The position numbers and the translations under genes are program-made. A DNA stretch of 45,823 nucleotides from Nitrospira japonica (lineage in GTDB: Bacteria > Nitrospirota > Thermodesulfovibrionia > Thermodesulfovibrionales > SM23-35): assembly GCA_020725385.1 (NCBI GenBank), contig DYFC01000018.1:1-45823 (forward strand), read 5' to 3'. Every line of letters starts with the position of its first letter. Position 1 is the first letter of the stretch. Under the pieces are notes generated by a model. That model was not told where the DNA came from. It was given only the letters and a program-made list of their open reading frames with translations, and searched no databases. Positions 7,882 through 16,160 of this stretch are shown one piece after another.

Positions 7882-9329
7882 ATATTCTTATAGCATCATC
7901 TGAAGCAGTTCCTTTTGCTAAAACAGGAGGACTTGCTGATGTGGCTGGTTCTCTTTATAAAGAATTTCGTTATATGGGACATAATGTATATCTTGTTCTT
8001 CCTCTCTATAGAAGAATAAAGGAGAATTTTAGCCTTAAGGAATCTGAAATAGAAATAAGTATACCGGTAGGGGAAAAAGATTTTAATGGGAGATTATTCA
8101 GTTATAATGATAATTATTTATTTATAGAATGTGATGAGCTCTTCGATAGAGATGAACTTTATGGTACCCCACAGGGAGATTATGAGGATAATTCTGTACG
8201 ATTTATTTTCTTTTCAAGGTGTATTCTTGAGATATGTAAAAAATTAAACTTCAAACCTGATATTATACATTGTAATGATTGGCAGACAGGGCTTGTGCCT
8301 CTATATTTGACGATATTATATAAGAATGACTATTTTTTTAAGGATACTGCAACTATTTTTACAATTCATAATATAGGTTATCAGGGTTTGTTTCCTGCAT
8401 CTGATATTTCAAGAATAGGCATTGGTTGGGAGTATTTCAATCCTGAAGGTATAGAGTTTTATGGTAAGATTAATTTTTTAAAAGCAGGTATTATTTCTGC
8501 TGACATAATTAATACTGTAAGTAAAACTTACGCTGAAGAAATTTTAAATGAAGAATCAGGGTTCGGTCTCGACGGAATCTTACGTAAAAGGAAAGAAAGA
8601 ATCTTTGGTATTATAAATGGAATTGATTACAATGAGTGGAATCCGGCAAAGGATAATTTCTTGCCAGCGAAATATAGTTACAAAGATATACGGGGGAAAT
8701 CAGTTTGTAAAAAAGAATTAATTAAAAAAGTTTTTAGTAGCAATGTTCAAGATTCAGAGAAAAAGCCCTTACTTGGTATAGTTGGCAGACTATCCGCACA
8801 AAAGGGAATAGATCTGGTTATCAAAGCTGCTCCCAAAATGCTTTCTTCTGGAGCAAGATTGGTTATTCTTGGTAAAGGGGATGAGTATATACATCGCGAA
8901 CTTGAGGAAATGCAAAAAAAGTTTTCTGAAAAGGTTTCTCTCATACTCGGATTTGATGACCAGCTCGCACACAATATATATGCCGGAGTTGATTTTTTCC
9001 TTATGCCTTCTAAATATGAACCATGCGGGTTAGGACAGATGATAGCTATGCGTTATGGAACTGTTCCAATTGCAAGAGCAACAGGAGGTCTTATTGATAC
9101 AATAGATGACTATGAGCCTCTAATTTGTTCCGGAACAGGATTTCTTTTTAATGACTATTCGCATTATGCTTTTTTGAATGCAATTAAGACTGCCTTCTGT
9201 ATCTATGAAGACTCAAGGAAAATGAAAAATCTAATATCAAATGTAATGAAAATGGATTTTTCATGGAAAAATTCAGCGGAAAAATATATAGATATGTATA
9301 AATATGCACTAAAAATTAAGAAAAATTAG
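7878..9329 (+). CDS. glgA: Glycogen synthase (GT5)
   Basis: KTGGLADV; HCNDWQT; TIHNIGYQG; MPSKYEPCGLGQM; ATGA overlap with galT. Confidence 0.96.
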   Translation: MNILIASSEAVPFAKTGGLADVAGSLYKEFRYMGHNVYLVLPLYRRIKENFSLKESEIEISIPVGEKDFNGRLFSYNDNYLFIECDELFDRDELYGTPQGDYEDNSVRFIFFSRCILEICKKLNFKPDIIHCNDWQTGLVPLYLTILYKNDYFFKDTATIFTIHNIGYQGLFPASDISRIGIGWEYFNPEGIEFYGKINFLKAGIISADIINTVSKTYAEEILNEESGFGLDGILRKRKERIFGIINGIDYNEWNPAKDNFLPAKYSYKDIRGKSVCKKELIKKVFSSNVQDSEKKPLLGIVGRLSAQKGIDLVIKAAPKMLSSGARLVILGKGDEYIHRELEEMQKKFSEKVSLILGFDDQLAHNIYAGVDFFLMPSKYEPCGLGQMIAMRYGTVPIARATGGLIDTIDDYEPLICSGTGFLFNDYSHYAFLNAIKTAFCIYEDSRKMKNLISNVMKMDFSWKNSAEKYIDMYKYALKIKKN

Positions 9330-9345
9330 AGTAAAACGATAATAA

Positions 9346-11784
9346 ATGAACGAAAACGTAAGACAGAAATTTACAGACATAATATTTAATAATATCCGTG
9401 ATGGTGTAATAATGCTTGATAAAGAGTACAGGATAATTACTGCTAATAAGTCAGTAGAAAAATGGCTTGATTCGGGCACGGATAATATTTCTGGAATGGA
9501 TAGCAGAGAATTATTTCACAATCATAGCTGGGTATGCCCTCATTGTGCTGCTGAGATTACTTTTACAACAAAGGAAATAAATGTTGTTACTCAAAAAGTC
9601 AATATCAATGACACAACATATTATGCAGAACTCTCCTCATATCCTGTATTAGATGAATCAGGTGAAGTTACAGAGTGTGTTGTTTTTATACATGATACAA
9701 CTGATAGAATGGTTTGTCATGACGAGATGTTAAGACTCTATAATGAAGTAACTCAGACAAAAGAATATCTTGAAGGAATTATAGAAAATTCTGCTGATGC
9801 TATTGTTACCTCGGATATGAATGGTATTATCACTTCCTGGAATAAAGGTGCCGAGAAAATTTATGGTTTTACAAAAGAAGAAGCGATTGGAAAATTCCTT
9901 CCCTTTGTGCCCGATTCTTTGATAGACCCTGAATGGGAAAATAACAGAAGAATTAGAAACGGTGAGATATTAAAAAGGATTGAAACCCTCAGAAAAAAGA
10001 AAGATGGTTCTCTGATTACCGTGACACTGACCTTGTCTCCTATAAAGAATTCAACAGGACAGGTTATTGGCATTAGTGGAATATCAAGAGATATATCCGA
10101 ACTCAAAGAAGTAGAAAAAGAACTTGTAAGAAGAAATCAGGAACTTTCAAGATTATTCTTTATAAGTTCTGCTATGCGGGGAACACTTGATCTTGACAGG
10201 CTTCTCAGGATGGTTTTAACAGCTGTTACTATGGGAGATGGGCTTGGTTTTAACCGTGCAATGCTTTTTCTTGTAGATGAAAATAAAAATGTTCTCAAAG
10301 GTGCAATGGGAGTTGGTCCTGCAAGTTATGATGAGGCATTTCAAATTTGGGATCGTCTCTCAATTGAAAGAAAAACTTTGCCTGATATAATGAAAGATAT
10401 CGAAGAGGGACCTCTTAGAAAAGACTCTTTCTTTGACAAACTAAGCATGAATATAGAAATCCCCCTTGAACAGGACACAATACTCACTAAAGCTATTAAG
10501 GAGAAAAAACTATTTAATATAACCGATGTAAATAACGAACCTTTATCTGATTCTGTTCTTGTCAACCAACTTGGTACACAGGCGTATGCTGTGGTACCTT
10601 TAATTTCCAGGGATAAAGTAATAGGAGTTTTATGGGTTGATAATTATTTCAATAAAAAGCCTATAACCGAGGAAGACATTCGTTTTTTGACAGCTTTCTC
10701 AAATCATATTGCATCGGCTATAGAAAATGCAAAGCTCTTTGAATGGGTTAAACTTACCGAACAGGAACTCGAAAATATTTTTGAGTCTATTTCGGATATG
10801 GTTTATTTTGTCACAGAGGATTATGTAATAAAAAATATCAATAAGGCTGTATGTAAAAGGCTTGGTAAAATTCCAGAGGAAATTATAGGTAAAAAATGCT
10901 ATGAAGTATTTCATGGAACATCTTCACCATGGGATAAATGTCCTCATCAGAAGGCTATAAAATTTAGAAAATCATTTGTCGAAGAAGTAGAAGACTCCCA
11001 CCTTGGCGGTACTTTTGTAACTTCAAGCTCTCCAATTTTTAATACTTCAGGAGAATTTATAGGGACAGTAAATGTATTAAGTGATATAACTGAATTGAAG
11101 AATCTACGCGAGCGTGTAGTGAAGACAGAAAGAATGGCTGCTCTTGGAGAGGTTGCAGCAAGAGTTGCTCATGAAATTAGAAATCCTCTTGTTTCTCTTG
11201 GAGGTTTTGCAAGAAGACTTGAAAGAAAGCTTGACGGGAATCTTAAGGAATATGCGGATATCATAGCAAAGGAAGTTACAAGGCTCGAAGGTATATTAAA
11301 TGAAATTTTAAGTTTTGTCAAAGAAACAAGATTAAATAAAGAAATAATTAATTCTTCAAAATTAATGGAAGACGTTTTGTCACTCGTTAAGTCAGAGAGT
11401 GATGAAAAGAACATAAATATAACAAAAGAATATATAGAAACACCGGATCTTTTCGTTGATCCTACAAGAATTCGTGAAGCATTGTTGAATATTTTGAAAA
11501 ATTCCATTCAGGCAGTTCAACCTGAAGGCAATATTAAAGTTAAAATTTATAGAAAAGAAAATAATTGTATCTTTCAGATAACTGATGATGGTCCCGGTAT
11601 TCCTGATGCCGATAAACCTTTTATATTTGACCCTTTCTTTACTACAAAGAAATCCGGAACAGGTCTCGGGTTAACCATAACACATAGGATTATTGAGGAA
11701 CACGAAGGAACAATCGAGGTTGATAGTAAACAGGGAGAAGGCACTACTTTTAGTGTTATACTTCCAGCTATTGAGAACAAATAA
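9346..11784 (+). CDS. Cytoplasmic PAS-PAS-GAF-PAS histidine kinase
   Basis: SWNKGAEKIYG PAS; GAF VPLISRDKVIGVLWVDN; H-box AHEIRNPL; DDGPGI, FDPFFTTK, GTGLGL; no TM segment. Confidence 0.92.
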   Translation: MNENVRQKFTDIIFNNIRDGVIMLDKEYRIITANKSVEKWLDSGTDNISGMDSRELFHNHSWVCPHCAAEITFTTKEINVVTQKVNINDTTYYAELSSYPVLDESGEVTECVVFIHDTTDRMVCHDEMLRLYNEVTQTKEYLEGIIENSADAIVTSDMNGIITSWNKGAEKIYGFTKEEAIGKFLPFVPDSLIDPEWENNRRIRNGEILKRIETLRKKKDGSLITVTLTLSPIKNSTGQVIGISGISRDISELKEVEKELVRRNQELSRLFFISSAMRGTLDLDRLLRMVLTAVTMGDGLGFNRAMLFLVDENKNVLKGAMGVGPASYDEAFQIWDRLSIERKTLPDIMKDIEEGPLRKDSFFDKLSMNIEIPLEQDTILTKAIKEKKLFNITDVNNEPLSDSVLVNQLGTQAYAVVPLISRDKVIGVLWVDNYFNKKPITEEDIRFLTAFSNHIASAIENAKLFEWVKLTEQELENIFESISDMVYFVTEDYVIKNINKAVCKRLGKIPEEIIGKKCYEVFHGTSSPWDKCPHQKAIKFRKSFVEEVEDSHLGGTFVTSSSPIFNTSGEFIGTVNVLSDITELKNLRERVVKTERMAALGEVAARVAHEIRNPLVSLGGFARRLERKLDGNLKEYADIIAKEVTRLEGILNEILSFVKETRLNKEIINSSKLMEDVLSLVKSESDEKNINITKEYIETPDLFVDPTRIREALLNILKNSIQAVQPEGNIKVKIYRKENNCIFQITDDGPGIPDADKPFIFDPFFTTKKSGTGLGLTITHRIIEEHEGTIEVDSKQGEGTTFSVILPAIENK

Positions 11785-11804
11785 TCTTTTAAGGAGGATA
11801 AAAT

Positions 11805-12155
11805 ATGAAAATACTTGTAGTCGATGATGATTTACATATTCAAAGGCTTTATAAAGAAGAGTTCGAGGATGAAGGATATGAAGTTGTGGTGGCTTCAAAT
11901 GGTAAAGAAGCTATAGAAATGTTCGAAAAAGAAAATCCGGATATTGTTACGCTTGATATTCTACTACCTGATATAGATGGTATAAGAATACTTAGGCAAA
12001 TGAAAGAAAAGAACCCGAAAATACCTGTTATAATGTCAACAGCATATGACTACAGGGATGACTTTGCAGTATGGGCTTCCGAAGCTTATATAGTAAAATC
12101 TTCTGACCTTGAAGAACTGAAATCCATGATTAAAAAACTTTTAAGCAAACAATAA
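11805..12155 (+). CDS. Single-domain response regulator (receiver only)
   Basis: ILVVDDD...TLDILLPDIDG...STAY...K; SD AAGGAGG. Confidence 0.92.
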   Translation: MKILVVDDDLHIQRLYKEEFEDEGYEVVVASNGKEAIEMFEKENPDIVTLDILLPDIDGIRILRQMKEKNPKIPVIMSTAYDYRDDFAVWASEAYIVKSSDLEELKSMIKKLLSKQ

Positions 12156-14077
12156 TGCGCAACATATATCTTGAAAGTACACCTCTTAATGAAGCTCTAA
12201 ATAGATGGATAGAAAAACTTGAACATGAAAAATTATTATCACCTTTTAAAGGTGAAACAGTCAAAGTTATTGATTCATTCGGTAGAGTAACAGCAGAACC
12301 AATCTCGGCAAAAATCTCTTCTCCTTTTTATCACTCCTCGGCTATGGACGGATATGCAGTAAAATTCACAGAAACTTTTGGAGCTTCTGAAAGAACCCCT
12401 AAAAGATTATTAATAGGCAAACAAGCAATTTACGTTGATACAGGAGACCCTTTGCCTCAAGGGTTTAATGCTGTAATAATGATAGAAGATGTAAACCATA
12501 TTTCAGATAGAGAAATTGAGATTATATCTCCAGCAACACCTTGGCAGCATGTCAGAGTAATAGGTGAAGATATTGTAGCAACTGAATTGATTCTTCCTGA
12601 AAATCAGAAAATAAGAGCATTTGATATAGGAGCGATGCTTGCAGGTGGTTATACTGAAATTAATGTAAGAAGAAAACCTGAAATAGTAATTATCCCGACA
12701 GGTGATGAAATTGTTGAACCCGGGTGCCAACTTAAAATAGGAAATATTATTGAATTTAATTCAAGAATTCTTGGTTCACTCGTTCAAGAATGGGGAGGTA
12801 AATATCACAGATATAATATTGTGCCTGATAAACTTGAAAAAATTAAGGAAGCTATTTTAGATGCAGTATCAAAAAGCGATATGGTAATTGTTAATGCTGG
12901 TTCTTCAGCAGGTTCAGAAGATTTTACAGCAGAGGCGATAAGAAAATTAGGTGAAGTAATTCTTCACGGTGTAAATATAAAACCTGGGAAACCTGTTATT
13001 CTTGGAATAGTAAAAGGCAAACCTGTTCTCGGAATACCAGGTTATCCAGTTTCAGCATATCTTACATTTAAACTTTTTGCAAAACCGGTTATATTGAAAT
13101 GGCTTGGTATAGGAGAAGAAAAATATGAGACTATTAAAACAAGAATTTCAAGACAGATTGCGTCCCAGCCAGGACAGGAAGAATTTGTAAGAGTTAAAAT
13201 TGGTAAAGTCGGAGATAACTTTATTTCAACTCCAATAAGTAGAGGTGCAGGTGTCTTAATGTCATTGGTAAGGGCTGATGGAATATTGCGTATTCCTTCA
13301 ATGTCTGAAGGCATTGGTGCTGGCTCTGAAGTAGATATAGAATTAATGAGACCCTTAAGTGATATTGAAAATACTATTGTTTGTATAGGGAGCCATGATA
13401 ATGCACTTGATTTACTTTCAAACATACTTAAGAAAAGGTATCCAAAATATTCGTTATCTTCAGCGCATGTAGGTTCAATGGGGGGTTTAATAGCTATTAA
13501 AAAAGGCGAGGCACATTTAGCAGGTACCCATCTCCTTGATGAAGAAACAGGTCAATATAATATAACTTTTATAAAAAAGATTCTTGGCTCTGAAAAGGTC
13601 GTATTAATAAATCTTGTATATAGGGAACAGGGACTTCTTGTTTTAAAGGGAAATCCGAAAAATATTAAAGACTTTAAAGATTTAATTCGTGATGACGTTG
13701 TTTTTGTTAACAGACAATCAGGTGCAGGCACAAGACTTTTAGCCGATAAATGCCTTAAAGAGCTTGGAATAGACCCAGGTAATATAAAAGGTTATGAACG
13801 TGAAGAATATACACATATGGGAGTTGCTTCTGCAGTATTGACAGGAGTAGCTGACACAGGTCTTGCTATCCTTGCATCTGCAAGAGCTTTAAATCTTGAT
13901 TTTATTCCAGTTGCAAAGGAAAGATATGATCTCCTCATGACACGTAAAGTATTTGAATCAAAAATGATGCAGTGCTTGATAGAGATAATAATAAAAGACA
14001 ATGAATTCAAAGAAGCTGTTAAAAATCTTGGCGGTTACGATATATCGGATATGGGTAAAATAGTTTTCGAGAATTAA
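12155..14077 (+). CDS. moeA: Molybdopterin molybdenumtransferase MoeA fused to a C-terminal periplasmic-binding-protein-like domain
   Basis: SAMDGYAV; TGDE; GSSAGSED; IKPGKP; PGYPVS; C-terminal GSHD, GSMGGL, NRQSGAGTR. Confidence 0.92.
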   Translation: MRNIYLESTPLNEALNRWIEKLEHEKLLSPFKGETVKVIDSFGRVTAEPISAKISSPFYHSSAMDGYAVKFTETFGASERTPKRLLIGKQAIYVDTGDPLPQGFNAVIMIEDVNHISDREIEIISPATPWQHVRVIGEDIVATELILPENQKIRAFDIGAMLAGGYTEINVRRKPEIVIIPTGDEIVEPGCQLKIGNIIEFNSRILGSLVQEWGGKYHRYNIVPDKLEKIKEAILDAVSKSDMVIVNAGSSAGSEDFTAEAIRKLGEVILHGVNIKPGKPVILGIVKGKPVLGIPGYPVSAYLTFKLFAKPVILKWLGIGEEKYETIKTRISRQIASQPGQEEFVRVKIGKVGDNFISTPISRGAGVLMSLVRADGILRIPSMSEGIGAGSEVDIELMRPLSDIENTIVCIGSHDNALDLLSNILKKRYPKYSLSSAHVGSMGGLIAIKKGEAHLAGTHLLDEETGQYNITFIKKILGSEKVVLINLVYREQGLLVLKGNPKNIKDFKDLIRDDVVFVNRQSGAGTRLLADKCLKELGIDPGNIKGYEREEYTHMGVASAVLTGVADTGLAILASARALNLDFIPVAKERYDLLMTRKVFESKMMQCLIEIIIKDNEFKEAVKNLGGYDISDMGKIVFEN

Positions 14078-14084
14078 TCAGGGG

Positions 14085-15182
14085 TTAACTTTTCTTTTCA
14101 GGCTCCTCGTTGTTATTTTCAAGTACCCTTTTTGCACCAATAAATCTCTTAAAATAATATGGTGTTTCAAGGCTATCTATAGTTACCTTTTTGCTTTTAG
14201 AAGATGCGTGAATAAATAGATTATTCCCCAGGTAAATACCGACATGAGATGGAAATGAAGCATATGTTCTAAAAAAAACAAGGTCGCCCATTGTTAGTTC
14301 TTCATTTTCTACAGGCTTTCCTTCAGTAAACTGTTCTCTTGCAGAACGGGGAAGGTTTATTCCAATGAGACTGTAAACTTTTTTAACATAGCCGGAACAG
14401 TCTATCCCGAGAAGACTGTTACCTCCAAATCTATAAGGAATATTCAACATTTTTTTAGCAAAAAGAACAAGTCTGTCATGAATACTTAAATCCTGTAATG
14501 TAGGCGAATCCTTTAAGGTTTCAATCTCTTTTTCAAGAGGAGCCTGTGAAATAAATGTGTCATAAGTTTTATACTCATCAAAAGGTTTTGGAGATTTAAG
14601 AATAAGCTTATACCCTTGTGGTAAAGCGTCATCTTCAAGATCATTAATTTCCATTAATTCATCAGGATCGAGATTATATTTTTTTGCAATTTTCCATAAG
14701 GTATCACCTTTTTCCACAATATATTCATCCGGAATATGTCTTTTGATTAGTAGTTTTTGTCCTATTTTCAATTTTGTTGAATTAAGATTATTTATATCCT
14801 TAAGTTCATTTACTGAAATAGAGTATTTTCTGCTGATTGATTTTAAAGTATCACCTTTTTTTACAACATGGATTGATGAATCATTAAAAACAACAGATTT
14901 AATTTCTTCAGAAGCTCTTTTCTTTGAAGTTGCTACGTTGGATTGATTTTTTTCTTTCTTAGCTTTTGAGGTTGAAGGAATTTTTATTTTTTGTCCGGGT
15001 TTAAGGTTTGTTGAATTTATTTTATTAAATTCGAGAATTTCTTTAACATTAATTTTGAATTCTTTTGCTATTTTTATTGGTGTATCTCCTTTTTTTACCA
15101 CATATATTTTGTCAGCAAATGAATTCCCGGAAAATAATAACAAGCATATAAAGCTTACAAGAAATATTGCTAATTTTTTCAT
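14085..15182 (-). CDS. Secreted 3xLysM + NlpC/P60 peptidoglycan endopeptidase
   Basis: Signal peptide MKKLAIFLVSFICLLLFSGNSFA; three VxKGDT LysM repeats; IDCSG, HVGIY, FIHAS catalytic motifs; start 15182 after AGGAG. Confidence 0.92.
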   Translation of the reverse strand: MKKLAIFLVSFICLLLFSGNSFADKIYVVKKGDTPIKIAKEFKINVKEILEFNKINSTNLKPGQKIKIPSTSKAKKEKNQSNVATSKKRASEEIKSVVFNDSSIHVVKKGDTLKSISRKYSISVNELKDINNLNSTKLKIGQKLLIKRHIPDEYIVEKGDTLWKIAKKYNLDPDELMEINDLEDDALPQGYKLILKSPKPFDEYKTYDTFISQAPLEKEIETLKDSPTLQDLSIHDRLVLFAKKMLNIPYRFGGNSLLGIDCSGYVKKVYSLIGINLPRSAREQFTEGKPVENEELTMGDLVFFRTYASFPSHVGIYLGNNLFIHASSKSKKVTIDSLETPYYFKRFIGAKRVLENNNEEPEKKS

Positions 15183-15198
15183 GGCAATTCTCCTGTCT

Positions 15199-15729
15199 TT
15201 ACATGGTTTCTTCACGATTTAAATCCTTAAGAGTCGGTAAATCTGTTAAATCTTTAAGTCCAAAATATTGTAAGAATTCTCTTGTTGTGCCGTAAAGAAA
15301 AGGTCTTCCCGGACCTTCTTTACGGCCCATTATTTTGATAAGTCTTTTTTCGTAAAGAGTTCTTATAGCACTATCTGAATTAACACCTCTAATCTGTTCT
15401 ATCTCAGCTCTGATAATTGGCTGTTTATAAGCAATAATGGCCAAAGTTTCAAGAGCAGGCATTGATAGTCTATTTGAAAAATGCATAGTTTTAAATTTCT
15501 TTATCCATTCAGCATACCATGGATTGGTTACCATTTGGTAACCACCTGCAATTTCTACTATGAGAATGCCGGAGTTCCTTTGCTTATATTCATCAATGAG
15601 TTCAGAAAATAAATTCTTTATATTTTCTTCGGGAAGATTGACAATATCTTTAATAGATGAAGTTGTCAAAACTTCTCCGGAAAGAAAAAGCAAAGCCTCG
15701 AGTATTGATTTATAATCCTTATTTTCCAT
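15199..15729 (-). CDS. scpB: Segregation and condensation protein B
   Basis: LEALLF; IAGGYQM; ALETLAIIAYKQP; IRGVNS; GRPFLYGTTREFLQYFGL. Confidence 0.96.
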   Translation of the reverse strand: MENKDYKSILEALLFLSGEVLTTSSIKDIVNLPEENIKNLFSELIDEYKQRNSGILIVEIAGGYQMVTNPWYAEWIKKFKTMHFSNRLSMPALETLAIIAYKQPIIRAEIEQIRGVNSDSAIRTLYEKRLIKIMGRKEGPGRPFLYGTTREFLQYFGLKDLTDLPTLKDLNREETM

Positions 15730-15875
15730 AATAAACCAATCTCAATAATATCAAAAATTTGAAATAATATCAAATATTTTATCGATTAAGGGTTTTAAAA
15801 AATATTATTTTGGCGTTAAACATTTAGCATTTTAAGACTTTAACCAGAACTAAATCTTAAAACTTTTTAATGTAA

Positions 15876-15905
15876 TTGACAAAAAATTATAATATAAGGT
15901 ATTGT
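15876..15905 (+). promoter_or_regulatory. Probable sigma70 promoter of the tRNA
   Basis: TTGACA (15876-81), 18-nt spacer, TATTGT (15900-05), 13 nt before the tRNA. Confidence 0.5.
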
Positions 15906-15918
15906 TAATATTATCTAA

Positions 15919-15995
<77 letters not shown>

Positions 15996-16025
15996 AGTAT
16001 AAATAATTGATTTTAAACAAATTAT

Positions 16026-16061
16026 AGGCTGTCAGAACATTAAATGCTGGCAGCCTTTTTT
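16026..16061 (+). terminator. Intrinsic terminator after the tRNA
   Basis: AGGCTGTCAG...CTGGCAGCCT stem followed by a T run. Confidence 0.7.
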
Positions 16062-16100
16062 ATTTCAATAGGACTTTTTTCGGGTTAACTACTAATTAAA

Positions 16101-16124
16101 TAACGGACACATTTAACGGATACA
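16101..16124. repeat. Tandem 11-bp direct repeat TAACGGAYACA (period 13)
   Basis: TAACGGACACA (16101-11) and TAACGGATACA (16114-24). Confidence 0.6.
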
Positions 16125-16160
16125 ATAAACGATGTATATTCTATTTGGTTATAATAATAT

